From the IMG/VR virus record IMGVR_UViG_3300045988_080466: a DNA stretch of 64,000 nt; one strand, 5' to 3'. Position 1 is the first letter of the stretch. Every line of letters begins with the position of its first letter. This document shows positions 38,192 to 46,835 of this stretch, piece by piece. The notes below the pieces were generated by a model, which saw only the letters and a program-made list of their open reading frames with translations, was not told the origin of the DNA and searched no databases. This stretch comes from a virus. Made by a program: the position numbers and the translations under genes.

Positions 38192-38425
38192 TTATTTATT
38201 GATTTGAATTACTGATACTCCACCCTTATAGCCATTACTGACTATAATAAATTCATAACCTTTATAGGTAAAGGTATGTACAGTGCCGTCGTTTTTGAAG
38301 CTAGAACCGAATGTTCCTATACGATTAACAACTACACCATTATAACTCCTGTTTTCAGCCGGAGTTCCACTGCAACCTACCATGAGAGCTACTCCCAAGG
38401 CAAGCCCAAGTAATAATTTTTTCAA
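38192..38425 (-). CDS. small lipoprotein
   Basis: MKKLLLGLALGVALMVGCSG signal peptide plus lipobox Cys. Confidence 0.65.
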   Translation of the reverse strand: MKKLLLGLALGVALMVGCSGTPAENRSYNGVVVNRIGTFGSSFKNDGTVHTFTYKGYEFIIVSNGYKGGVSVIQINK

Positions 38426-38691
38426 ATTTTCCTGAATAGAATTTTAAAAACTATGCTATACTTAGCCAATGTAGTCCAATCATCACCAGACATATCCGCG
38501 ACGGCTCGTATAACTAGAACTAAAAACACTAAATTAACAACAGGACAAAGTGCTAAGACTATTCCAATAATGGCATGGATTAACAGCACATCATCCTCTT
38601 CCTCTTCCTTCGCTATTTTATAGGTCGCTTGTAATAAGTCTACCCATAATAAAACGGGAAGTATATAAAAGAATATAATTACCCAAATCAT
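38422..38691 (-). CDS. membrane protein (89 aa)
   Basis: Hydrophobic N-terminus and central helix. Confidence 0.5.
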   Translation of the reverse strand: MIWVIIFFYILPVLLWVDLLQATYKIAKEEEEDDVLLIHAIIGIVLALCPVVNLVFLVLVIRAVADMSGDDWTTLAKYSIVFKILFRKI

Positions 38692-38742
38692 ATAGAACGC
38701 ACTGTTTTACAAATGTTGCACTTATAGATTTTGTTCTCATAA

Positions 38743-39297
38743 TCACATAAGGAGTGATTTGTCTGACCTTGACAACGGGCACAGAAGAGATTCTTCACTG
38801 GAGTATACACTTCTTTCTTTTTTGTTTCTTTTTTGGATTGCTTTTTCATATTTATCAAATGCTTTAACTACCATACGTTCTACAGTGGGATTGTTTTTTC
38901 TTTTATAAAAGTCATTCCACCTTCCTGTTTTATAAATCCAGTTAATGTCTTCGGAGTTTACATAACTTATTAAAATTACTTCACTTCCCCAACTTGATTC
39001 ATAGTTGACCAATTCCCCACCTACCATTAAGGTAAAATGGTTGCAATTAACCAAACTATTTCCTCCAACATAAGATTGTCTACTCTTAAGAGCTCTCCTT
39101 GCTTTTAGTCGATTGGTTTTACAGAATTTCTTTGAGAAAGTCCAATCCTCTATTGCAAGTTTATACTTTATCTTACGTTTATCAAGTTCACGGGCCACTA
39201 AATAAGCAAAATAACAGCAACCTCCAGAATTTATGTTAAATTTTTCTTCACAAGTAGCTGCCACTGCATTTATAGTCTCAATTAATTCGGTATACAT
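38743..39297 (-). CDS. transglutaminase-like / papain-fold Cys-His protein, paralog B
   Basis: NSGGCCYFAYLVARELDKRKIKYKL ... CNHFTLMV; N-terminal half aligns with 30909..31283. Confidence 0.5.
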   Translation of the reverse strand: MYTELIETINAVAATCEEKFNINSGGCCYFAYLVARELDKRKIKYKLAIEDWTFSKKFCKTNRLKARRALKSRQSYVGGNSLVNCNHFTLMVGGELVNYESSWGSEVILISYVNSEDINWIYKTGRWNDFYKRKNNPTVERMVVKAFDKYEKAIQKRNKKERSVYSSEESLLCPLSRSDKSLLM

Positions 39298-39560
39298 ATT
39301 TTTTCTATTTCCTTCTGAATCTGTTTATAGTCTTCCAAATACTTTTTTAAAGATATGGCACCATCTCCATGTTTGGACTGTATCCTATAGCTGATAATTC
39401 GTTTTATAGCAGCATCTAGAGGCAATCCATACCCAGCAATTTTAAATTCCTCTCTTGGTTCTCCACCTTTGGGCCTTACAATATGTAAAAGCTCAAGGTC
39501 GAACATTGGAGAAGATTCATTTACTGGGGTTAACTTAAAGTCTTTTTCTTTAATCGTCAT
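39282..39560 (-). CDS. hypothetical protein (92 aa)
   Basis: ORF in array. Confidence 0.45.
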   Translation of the reverse strand: MTIKEKDFKLTPVNESSPMFDLELLHIVRPKGGEPREEFKIAGYGLPLDAAIKRIISYRIQSKHGDGAISLKKYLEDYKQIQKEIEKICIPN

Positions 39561-39960
39561 TTATTATTTCATCAATTACAATGCTTTGTGAGACATAGTT
39601 TGGAGCTCCTCCCATATCTTCTCCCTGATAATAGTAACTTCCTTTAGGAATATGACAACGTACCATTACTACTTCGTCGTTTTCTTTGCGGATAGGACTA
39701 AAATCCTCGTGACAGTCACAGGAATGAATAAAACTGTGGAATCCTCCATGGTCTATCACGTTAAAGTAAATTCCTCCAACTGCAATATTCGAGAAATCTT
39801 CTTCCGTAGTATAACACTTACCTATTTCATAAGGAAATTTCAAGAAATAAGAGGTTAATTGTCCTTCCTTGAAATTTAGAAACTTGTAACAAGGGACATC
39901 GTGTTCCGCAAGTGTGGGCTTAAGAGCAGATGTTCCAGAGACAGTAATATACAGACACAT
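39550..39960 (-). CDS. hypothetical protein (136 aa)
   Basis: ORF in array. Confidence 0.5.
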   Translation of the reverse strand: MCLYITVSGTSALKPTLAEHDVPCYKFLNFKEGQLTSYFLKFPYEIGKCYTTEEDFSNIAVGGIYFNVIDHGGFHSFIHSCDCHEDFSPIRKENDEVVMVRCHIPKGSYYYQGEDMGGAPNYVSQSIVIDEIINDD

Positions 39961-39962
39961 AG

Positions 39963-40280
39963 CTAAACCTCCTCTACTTTATAGATAGAATTTTTAGTAT
40001 ATACCAAGTTATCCTCCATTTTCAATACTTCGGAAGTGTGGAAGTAATCCAGTATTCCTCTATCTCCACTCATTTCCAACATCCAGCCAACCTTTACTCC
40101 TAAAAGCCTTCCTTCCATTGTATAGCCTTCTTCGATACCGTTAGGATGCCCGTCTTTATATCTAACGGATTCCAGTTTGGTTAATCGAACTTTCTTTCCA
40201 ATTAATTCTTCTACTTTACTCATTCGTGTTTTCTTTTTTAATCCAATTACAGGTTTAGAACTCGGCACAAATAGTTCCAT
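39963..40280 (-). CDS. hypothetical protein (105 aa)
   Basis: ORF in array. Confidence 0.5.
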   Translation of the reverse strand: MELFVPSSKPVIGLKKKTRMSKVEELIGKKVRLTKLESVRYKDGHPNGIEEGYTMEGRLLGVKVGWMLEMSGDRGILDYFHTSEVLKMEDNLVYTKNSIYKVEEV

Positions 40281-40282
40281 AA

Positions 40283-40603
40283 TTAAAACGGATAAATTAA
40301 ACCTTGATTAACAAATTGTGTCATTAACATATCCTCTGTCAGTCTAGGTTCAAATTCTACTCTATTATCCAGAATGGCATTGAACTCTGCTGCTAAAGCC
40401 TTTACATTCAGAACTTTACATAAGTTCGGATTCTTGACAGCACCAGTGATTGCCTTTACCTCTATGGTGTTATTACTATAATGATATTTAATCCTAACTT
40501 TAATGACGTCAGAAAGGATTTTATACTTTAGTACGGCATGTACATACTGCCCATCCTTTGTGTCAGGAAGTAGGATGAACTTCTTAATTTTCTTTTTAGT
40601 CAT
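40283..40603 (-). CDS. hypothetical protein (106 aa)
   Basis: ORF in array. Confidence 0.5.
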   Translation of the reverse strand: MTKKKIKKFILLPDTKDGQYVHAVLKYKILSDVIKVRIKYHYSNNTIEVKAITGAVKNPNLCKVLNVKALAAEFNAILDNRVEFEPRLTEDMLMTQFVNQGLIYPF

Positions 40604-40613
40604 GAATTAAGTC

Positions 40614-40664
40614 AAAAAAAAAATAAGCCCCACCCACATAGCTAAGTGTATATGGATAGGGCTT
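40614..40664 (-). terminator. rho-independent terminator (minus strand)
   Basis: Imperfect long hairpin AAGCCC...GGGCTT followed in minus sense by T10; downstream of the SPFH gene stop. Confidence 0.8.
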
Positions 40665-40692
40665 TTAAGATTAGTTTTAGATATTATACTGC

Positions 40693-41901
40693 TTATTTAG
40701 ATTTGTTCAGTTTGTCGGCGATATCCATTACCATCTTCAAACCTACTGCATCCATTGCATTACCTCCATTGCTGCCACCCATCATGACATCAGGAACCCA
40801 CTTAACCTCTGATTTAGACAATGCTTCTGCTACACCAACAGTTGTCTTATAGTCCCATTCAGCTTTCTCCTGTGGAGTTAAACCTGCTTGAACTTTAAGT
40901 TTATTAGCTTCTGCTTCTGCTCTACCTTCAGCGATAATTTTCTTAGCTTTCTCATTAGCTTCTTTAGCTTGCAACTCAGCCACTTCAAATGCTTGTTGTG
41001 CTTTAGTTACTTCTACAGCCTTAACTTTTTCCTGTTCCCATTTAGCCTGTGCTGCGGATGCTTTACCTTCTTCTTCAATCTGAATTGTTTTCTGAACAGC
41101 TTCCAACGCTTTAGCCTTTGCAGTTACAATAGACATATCAGCTTCTCTTTGTTTAGAAATCTGAGCCAAAGTTGCTGATTCATATTCCAAATCGTTGATT
41201 GATAATTGAGAAACTTTCAAACCATAGAAAGCAAACGGAGACTCTTCCTGTCTTTTCACACCATTAGGAGCAAGACTATCCGAAATTGCTTCTGCTACTT
41301 TCTGTAATTGTTTTTCACCAGTAAGAGGATTGATAGTTTCTACTGTCTTAACACGAGTCTTATAAACACCATAATTCAACTGGTCTGTAATAAGTGCAAT
41401 TAAGTCAGTTCTTTTCTCACTTACTGATTCCAATGAAGACATAAGAGGGCCACATGATATAACTACTTTACCAAGAGTCGGTTTAACTAAGTCTTTAATA
41501 AGTCTCTCCTGTGAACCATAGTGAGTTTGAATACGTTCAAGATACTTTTGCTCTAACGGCATTTCTACTCGAACTGAACCCAATACGAAACCTTTACCCT
41601 TATCATTGTAAGTAATAGCCATTGCCGGATTTTCCATACTTACATCCACAGATACGTTACCTTCTTGGTCTTTCTTTACTTCATTGAACCAAATCTGACT
41701 GGTTTTGTCATAAACGGATACGTTGCCGAACTTCTGCCATTGGAAACCACCATTGGTCCAATATTCATACGTACCGGAGATAGGAATTTGATTGATACCA
41801 ATCTTACTCTTATCCATGTCTTCCATCAACATCGGGAAACAAGCAATTAACACTACGGCAAAAATGCCAACAATAATACCTAAAAGTTTAAATCTTTTCA
41901 T
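40693..41901 (-). CDS. SPFH/band-7 (prohibitin/flotillin-like) membrane protein
   Basis: N-terminal TM LLGIIVGIFAVVLIACF, long Ala/Glu/Lys coiled-coil, C-terminal SKSEVKWVPDVMMGG. Confidence 0.6.
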   Translation of the reverse strand: MKRFKLLGIIVGIFAVVLIACFPMLMEDMDKSKIGINQIPISGTYEYWTNGGFQWQKFGNVSVYDKTSQIWFNEVKKDQEGNVSVDVSMENPAMAITYNDKGKGFVLGSVRVEMPLEQKYLERIQTHYGSQERLIKDLVKPTLGKVVISCGPLMSSLESVSEKRTDLIALITDQLNYGVYKTRVKTVETINPLTGEKQLQKVAEAISDSLAPNGVKRQEESPFAFYGLKVSQLSINDLEYESATLAQISKQREADMSIVTAKAKALEAVQKTIQIEEEGKASAAQAKWEQEKVKAVEVTKAQQAFEVAELQAKEANEKAKKIIAEGRAEAEANKLKVQAGLTPQEKAEWDYKTTVGVAEALSKSEVKWVPDVMMGGSNGGNAMDAVGLKMVMDIADKLNKSK

Positions 41902-41931
41902 TGTTTTTAAATATTTAAAAATTATACAATC

Positions 41932-42087
41932 TTATTTATAGCTCTCTGGATTTGCTATCCAGTAATAGAATGGAATAATACACCTTACAAGTGTAATTTT
42001 CCTGTTAGTTAATTTGAACGCACCGAGCAAGTGGAACACTAACATACCGTAATATATTGCCAATAGCAACATAATTACGAAAACCAT
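41932..42087 (-). CDS. small membrane protein (51 aa)
   Basis: Below cutoff; MVFVIMLLLAIYYGMLVFHLLGAF... Confidence 0.35.
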   Translation of the reverse strand: MVFVIMLLLAIYYGMLVFHLLGAFKLTNRKITLVRCIIPFYYWIANPESYK

Positions 42088-42101
42088 GACTTTAAATGCT
42101 A

Positions 42102-42491
42102 TCATTCTTTCTTTTTACTTAGAGTTTCAACAATCCAATTACCAAAATCATCCTGAATCTTTGCGGCTTTCTCTGCTGAAAGATTCAATCCTCCAGTACC
42201 AATTAGATAACCCCAACCACGAACCACCATGATTTTAAACCATTTATCCTCCCTTTTAATGGAGATATATCCATCCTCATATTTCAAAGGATATTCAATA
42301 CTCTGGCTGTCATCACCGTTAAGAATATTAATTATTTTCTTCTGTGATTCTTCCGCCACGTGCACTATGTCTTCATCTTCGCCCTTATATCTGCGAAGGA
42401 AGTCAAATGCCATGTGTCCATTTGCATGGAACACCTTATCCATACCTTCATATTTCTCTAAAGGTAGTTTATATACATCTTTAAAATTCAT
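42102..42491 (-). CDS. hypothetical protein (129 aa)
   Basis: ORF in array. Confidence 0.5.
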   Translation of the reverse strand: MNFKDVYKLPLEKYEGMDKVFHANGHMAFDFLRRYKGEDEDIVHVAEESQKKIINILNGDDSQSIEYPLKYEDGYISIKREDKWFKIMVVRGWGYLIGTGGLNLSAEKAAKIQDDFGNWIVETLSKKKE

Positions 42492-42493
42492 AC

Positions 42494-42817
42494 TTATATT
42501 TTTGGTTGAGTAATGTAAAAGTTTTCAATTCCTTGTTCTATGGCTTTAATAAGAGCTTCCTTGTATTCATTAAATCCAAAAGGAGAAAATATTCTCTCGT
42601 AACAAGGTTTTCCTGCTGTTGATTTCTCGTGGTTCAACAAGAATGTTTCTGCTGTAAAATATCCAGTACTTCGTCTAATTCCTACTGATGCAAGAATATC
42701 AAGATTAATTAGGTTTTGTTGAATATCCACAAGTTGAGAGAGACTTAGAGAAGATTTGTGTGTTTCAAATAACTCTTTTAAATCTTCAAGTTCGTTCTGT
42801 AGTTTCATAATGTTCAA
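42494..42817 (-). CDS. hypothetical protein (107 aa)
   Basis: ORF in array. Confidence 0.5.
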   Translation of the reverse strand: MNIMKLQNELEDLKELFETHKSSLSLSQLVDIQQNLINLDILASVGIRRSTGYFTAETFLLNHEKSTAGKPCYERIFSPFGFNEYKEALIKAIEQGIENFYITQPKI

Positions 42818-43094
42818 TCAATTTATCAAATGCTTTAACTCTAGCATTGTGTCCTTCCTCGCTATCTGGAGTCCACCAAAATGCCTTACCGTTTCTATCC
42901 CTTGGAGCATTAAGAAAATTCCTGTTAAATTCAGGAAATAGTGCTACTATATCACGTTCATCGTATATAGTACTACCTCTTTCAGTCCCAGCCATAGCGT
43001 GCTCAATACAAAAACACATTCCCCAATATTCTGGGTGTTCTACAAACAGCTTTTTAGCTTGCTTGAGAATCTTAAGTTTTTCTGAATTTGTCAT
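42786..43094 (-). CDS. hypothetical protein (102 aa)
   Basis: ORF in array. Confidence 0.5.
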   Translation of the reverse strand: MTNSEKLKILKQAKKLFVEHPEYWGMCFCIEHAMAGTERGSTIYDERDIVALFPEFNRNFLNAPRDRNGKAFWWTPDSEEGHNARVKAFDKLIEHYETTERT

Positions 43095-43262
43095 AAATTT
43101 ACAATAATTTTATCCTCTTCTTTTAAAGGTTCTGCAGGAGTGTTATATCCGTGCAGTTTACCGCAACGAACACACCATACTACTCCATAAGAATTTTCTC
43201 TCGGTTTACATTTGCCTTTAGCACAAAACTTGGCAACTTTTTGATAGTTTTCTTTATCCATT
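43092..43262 (-). CDS. small zinc-ribbon-like protein (56 aa)
   Basis: Below cutoff; MDKENYQKVAKFCAKGKCKP...WCVRCGKLHG; ATGA coupling to next gene. Confidence 0.4.
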
Positions 43263-43278
43263 GTAATTTAGATTATAC

Positions 43279-43311
43279 AAAAAATCCCCGAACTTTAATA
43301 AGTCCGAGGAT
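43279..43311 (-). terminator. rho-independent terminator (minus strand)
   Basis: 10-bp stem (2 G-U pairs in minus-sense RNA) ATCCUCGGAC/GUUCGGGGAU followed by UUUUUU. Confidence 0.7.
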
Positions 43312-43457
43312 TATTTAGACGTTAAATGATAAGAGTTACATTCACTACAGTAGTAATACCTTTTTTCATTACGTAAAGGATTGTAGTTGCCAATTCTTTT
43401 ACATTGGGATAATGCAAACATTGCTCCCAACTTATCATACTTTCTTTTCTTACACAT
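43311..43457 (-). CDS. small basic Cys-containing protein (48 aa)
   Basis: Below cutoff; MCKKRKYDKLGAMFALSQCKRIGNYNPLRNEKRYYYCSECNSYHLTSK. Confidence 0.4.
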   Translation of the reverse strand: MCKKRKYDKLGAMFALSQCKRIGNYNPLRNEKRYYYCSECNSYHLTSK

Positions 43458-43529
43458 TAGCTTAACCAAATAGTTAAAAATTCATCTTCAGAGATTTCAA
43501 GTAAATGCTTCTCATACCGCTACTTTTAG

Positions 43530-43602
43530 TACCCCGTGCTGGATTCAAACCAGCGACCCGCACATTAGAAGTGTGCTGCTCTATTCACTGAGCTAACGGG
43601 GC
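43530..43602 (-). tRNA. tRNA-Arg (anticodon UCU)
   Basis: Hand-folded cloverleaf GCCCCGT..., anticodon loop CTTCTAA, T-loop TTTGAAT; 73 nt, no encoded CCA. Confidence 0.85.
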
Positions 43603-43994
43603 AAGTGTAGGTATTTATCTCGTTACACCTACGGGTCCGGCAATCCTGTCTTATATACCGCGTGAGCTAGCGGTCTATGCCCAGTACAAAGACCATAATC
43701 TATGTGTGGGACTTTTGTCCGTTTTAAAGTGCATTATGGTAGGATATACCTACCAAGTGCACTTGTACTCCTAACAGCACTCCTATGGAATTACCCAATG
43801 GTCTGTCACCTATTCTAATAGAGGTAAGGGTTGAAATACATCTTTCTTACTTATCAGTTTTAAGGTTCAAGGGCTCTGGTTTGAGTACTTTAATATAGCC
43901 CTTTATTATTTGGAGAGCAGCCGTTCTCTCCATGTCCGGTTCGTGCTCTACAGAGCATACAAGGTTTCGATATTATCGCAGAGGCCGGCTTCCC
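43603..43994 (-). ncRNA. candidate structured noncoding RNA (unclassified), about 390 nt
   Basis: No credible ORF; visibly GC-richer than surroundings; at least 8 stable hairpins, e.g. GTGTAGGT/ACACCTAC, AAGTGCA..GGTAGG/CCTACC..TGCACTT, GGAGAG/CTCTCC, AAGGGCT/AGCCCTT. Confidence 0.4.
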
Positions 43995-44372
43995 TTACTC
44001 CGAACGGCTTTCTTGTAATTCATCCCACGGAATATACCAATAAGTTTCAAATTCTTCATCAGACAAGATTACATCAGAATTTTCAAATCCAGTCCAACCC
44101 ATACTACTTCTAAATCCTACGATACAGTTTTCACAACTTTCAGAATTATATCCTACTAGGACAGCTTCCTGACCCTCAACAATGAAAGTTTCTCCAATGC
44201 ATCTTTTTATTTCAGTAGGAATGTGTTCTTCATATAAACTCTCGGGAACCATATAGGTACTATCTGGACAAGGATGTCCATCAATTGCTTGGCAGAATAT
44301 ACATTCTCCCCATCTCTCATGTTCCATGAAATCTTGGATTTCAGGAAACGTAACCATTACATATTTTTCCAT
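43995..44372 (-). CDS. hypothetical protein (125 aa)
   Basis: ORF. Confidence 0.55.
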   Translation of the reverse strand: MEKYVMVTFPEIQDFMEHERWGECIFCQAIDGHPCPDSTYMVPESLYEEHIPTEIKRCIGETFIVEGQEAVLVGYNSESCENCIVGFRSSMGWTGFENSDVILSDEEFETYWYIPWDELQESRSE

Positions 44373-44373
44373 A

Positions 44374-44487
44374 CTATCTTACTTTTACAGAACCGGGTTT
44401 CTTGTTTGCTGCTTGGTAATCTTTACCTTGTTTATCCCACCAATCTTGGCGAGCCTTTAAATACGCTAGTCTTTTTCTATATTTCAT
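44374..44487 (-). CDS. small basic protein (37 aa)
   Basis: Below cutoff; MKYRKRLAYLKARQDWWDKQGKDYQAANKKPGSVKVR. Confidence 0.3.
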   Translation of the reverse strand: MKYRKRLAYLKARQDWWDKQGKDYQAANKKPGSVKVR

Positions 44488-44502
44488 ATTTAATAAATTT
44501 GA

Positions 44503-44904
44503 TTAATCCCACCAAGTTCTCATTTTATATGTTCTAATGAGATTATACAGGTGTAACGCTTTAGCTTGTCTCAAATCATCGAGGTAGTAATTGGAAGAAG
44601 GAATTGGACATCGAGATATAAACCTTTTCCAATTCTTACTGTTTACATAAGGAAGTGTTCTAGTACCATTAAAGAAGTAACCTTTTGGGTCTCTTTCCAT
44701 AATAATATCAATCAGCTTTATGCATAGATTGATTTCAGAAACCATTTGTTCCCATCCATGTACCAATTGAGATTCAGCAAAATATTTGGACATTCTCTTA
44801 AGCTTGAATTGTTCTAACTCGAGCATATATGCCCAGTCCCAATCTCTATCTTCTTTAAGAAGTTTAGAGTATTTTTTAACTGTTGTACTTCTATTTCTAC
44901 TCAT
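44503..44904 (-). CDS. hypothetical protein (133 aa)
   Basis: ORF. Confidence 0.5.
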   Translation of the reverse strand: MSRNRSTTVKKYSKLLKEDRDWDWAYMLELEQFKLKRMSKYFAESQLVHGWEQMVSEINLCIKLIDIIMERDPKGYFFNGTRTLPYVNSKNWKRFISRCPIPSSNYYLDDLRQAKALHLYNLIRTYKMRTWWD

Positions 44905-44908
44905 ATAT

Positions 44909-45166
44909 TTATTTATTCACATTGAATGTTTCCTTACACCACCCTATCCATGTTCTTTTTATATTTGTCAATATATTTTTTATAGAAAGAGATGGAATCT
45001 GACGCATCAAATATATTACATACAGTGTATTTACAATTGGACACAAAGTGATTACGAATGAAACAGGGTTAATAGAAATCTCTATTTTTGCATAATCACA
45101 AATAAATGTGTATGAAATGAGAGTAACTAAATACAATATAACTGAAAATAACAATAATGTATTCAT
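44909..45166 (-). CDS. membrane protein (85 aa)
   Basis: Two hydrophobic helices. Confidence 0.5.
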   Translation of the reverse strand: MNTLLLFSVILYLVTLISYTFICDYAKIEISINPVSFVITLCPIVNTLYVIYLMRQIPSLSIKNILTNIKRTWIGWCKETFNVNK

Positions 45167-45190
45167 AATCTAATTAATTTTTAAAGTTAG

Positions 45191-45262
45191 TTGGGCTACT
45201 AGGATTCGAACCTAGACTACAACAGTCAAAGTGTTGTGTGCTAACCACTACACTATAGCCCA
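45191..45262 (-). tRNA. tRNA-Gln (UUG)
   Basis: TGGGCTA acceptor, loop CTTTGAC, T-arm CTAGG-TTCGAAT-CCTAG. Confidence 0.85.
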
Positions 45263-45268
45263 ATAATC

Positions 45269-45365
45269 AGATGACTTTTCTACATATTTTACCTCTAAGT
45301 AGTAGAGGGTTCTACTTATCCTAACTCTAGTATTTGTTGTTATATTGCTGTAAGTCATCTTTGTT
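45269..45365 (-). ncRNA. tRNA-leader hairpin family, copy 1 (ACAGCAA motif)
   Basis: Minus sense ACAAAGATGACTT-ACAGCAAT...AAGTCATCT, 9-bp closing stem, 6 nt before the tRNA-Gln 5' end. Confidence 0.6.
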
Positions 45366-45420
45366 GTTTATTTTAGCTAAATGGAATCTGATACTATTTC
45401 CAAAGTAACATATTCTTTAT

Positions 45421-45858
45421 TCATGTCATAAGTTGTTGACTTGCATCTACCGCTATTTTATCAGCCCTAGCATTAAATTCATCTTCATAATGTCCTTTTA
45501 CCCATTCAATATGAAGATTTCCTATAAGACTTCGCTTTTCTTTAACAATATTATCAAGTTCTTGTAAAACATCTAAATTTGTATTTCTCTTATACTTTAT
45601 ACTTCCAATCCGAGAAGTTCCTATTGCATACATAGAGTCACTAATAATAGTCACATCTTCTATATAAGCTGCTATACACTTAAATGCAATAATGATAGCT
45701 TTAAGCTCCATTCTGTTGTTAGTTGTATTTTTATAGCCTTTAGATACTTCTGCAATCTTAGTAAGTTTACCATCTACTTCTTTTACAAATACTACTCCTA
45801 CACCACCTTGGTTAAGAGCACTACTGTATGCACCGTCAGTATAAATTCTATATTTCAA
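45421..45858 (-). CDS. rnhA: ribonuclease HI
   Basis: IYTDGAY (D), NNRMELKAII (E), IISDSMY (D), WVKGHYEDEFNARADKIA (H..D). Confidence 0.85.
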   Translation of the reverse strand: MKYRIYTDGAYSSALNQGGVGVVFVKEVDGKLTKIAEVSKGYKNTTNNRMELKAIIIAFKCIAAYIEDVTIISDSMYAIGTSRIGSIKYKRNTNLDVLQELDNIVKEKRSLIGNLHIEWVKGHYEDEFNARADKIAVDASQQLMT

Positions 45859-46271
45859 GTTTCAGTTTTTTCTACCTGCTTACTTACTAAGAGATAAGAA
45901 TCTCTTCCCAAGCAAGTTGCAATTCTTAATAAATCATCGTCACTTTCAACAACAATTTTATTTAAGATGAAGGTGTCCATTTCAGAAGGAACTACCATTC
46001 TGCCTTTAAGCTCAACAAACTTCTGTTTCCAAAATACTAATTGAGGTTTATAACGTCTAACATTCCATTTTATTGGAGTAAGCTGTTCATCAGGGTTACC
46101 TGCCTTGAATCCATCTGCTTCCATTTCTTTACAGACTTCTTCAATAAAGAATCCAAAATAATAAGCTCTAGCTACATCACCTTTAATGAATCCTTCGTAG
46201 TAATCATCATTGGCGTACATTTCCTCCATAAAACGTTGTCTCCATTTATCGCTCTTTTCTAATGTAATCAT
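45855..46271 (-). CDS. hypothetical protein (138 aa)
   Basis: ORF coupled to rnhA. Confidence 0.5.
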   Translation of the reverse strand: MITLEKSDKWRQRFMEEMYANDDYYEGFIKGDVARAYYFGFFIEEVCKEMEADGFKAGNPDEQLTPIKWNVRRYKPQLVFWKQKFVELKGRMVVPSEMDTFILNKIVVESDDDLLRIATCLGRDSYLLVSKQVEKTET

Positions 46272-46297
46272 CTTGATGTAAATTTAAGTTTTACAAG

Positions 46298-46382
46298 TGG
46301 AGGGTGTCAGATTCGAACTGACGGACCCCGAAGGGCCGGCACGTTAGCAGTGTGCTGGGTTAAACCACTCCCCCAACCCTCC
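46298..46382 (-). tRNA. tRNA-Ser (GCU), class II
   Basis: Loop CTGCTAA; long variable arm GGCCC-TTCG-GGGTC. Confidence 0.85.
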
Positions 46383-46388
46383 TTACCA

Positions 46389-46628
46389 TTAACCCAATAA
46401 GTCGGTTAACTTATTAAGTGTTTGTTCGTTTTTGTTGGCTACTTCTTCAAGAGCTTGTTTCTCCGCCAAAGCAGCGTCAGCTTCTTGTTGTTTGATTGCA
46501 GCTTGTTCTCTAGCTTTAGTAATTACTCCAGACAAGCCGGAAACAGTGTTCTTAAATACTTTCAATAAGTTGTCAGCAGATGATGCTAAATCGGCAGCAG
46601 TACTAGCCTTCTTTGAAATTAATGCCAT
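46389..46628 (-). CDS. small Ala/Lys-rich coiled-coil protein (79 aa)
   Basis: ORF ending 6 nt before tRNA-Ser. Confidence 0.5.
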   Translation of the reverse strand: MALISKKASTAADLASSADNLLKVFKNTVSGLSGVITKAREQAAIKQQEADAALAEKQALEEVANKNEQTLNKLTDLLG

Positions 46629-46661
46629 AATCTTTATAAATTTAATTGTTAATATTAAGCG

Positions 46662-46743
46662 TATCCGAGGTCAGATTCGAACTGACACGAGCTTTGCTCA
46701 TTGGTTCCTAAGACCAACGCGGCTACCATTTCGCCACTCGGAC
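46662..46743 (-). tRNA. tRNA-Leu (UAG), class II
   Basis: Loop CTTAGGA; variable arm GAGC-AAA-GCTC. Confidence 0.85.
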
Positions 46744-46748
46744 AAGTA

Positions 46749-46828
46749 GCAAGGAGTCTATAGTGGGCTGCAGGACGTCTAAATCCACAGCGAACTAAAA
46801 CAATGGAAGATTTCGGGAGACTCCTTGC
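46749..46828 (-). ncRNA. tRNA-Leu 5' leader hairpin (11-bp closing stem; lacks the ACAGCAA motif)
   Basis: GCAAGGAGTCT (46749-59) pairs with AGACTCCTTGC (46818-28); 5 nt from the tRNA 5' end. Confidence 0.5.
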
Positions 46829-46835
46829 GAATATT

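Noticed and set aside
43603-43994. RNase P RNA, tmRNA or tRNA group I intron in the structured region
   Set aside because: I could not find the P4 strands (GGAAAGUCCGG / ACCCGGCUU at the right spacing), a T-arm with acceptor pairing, or split tRNA exons flanking it. It is left as an unclassified candidate ncRNA.
45352-45365. Plus-strand reading CATCTTTGT of the hairpin family as plus-oriented Bacteroidota promoters (similar to TAnnTTTG)
   Set aside because: The first base is usually C or other rather than T, and several copies lack TTTG (CTTTAG, CCTTAT, CCTTGT). The TTGCTG is only about 9 nt away, not 19-21. No plus-strand genes exist to be driven. Stem covariation points to an RNA element instead.
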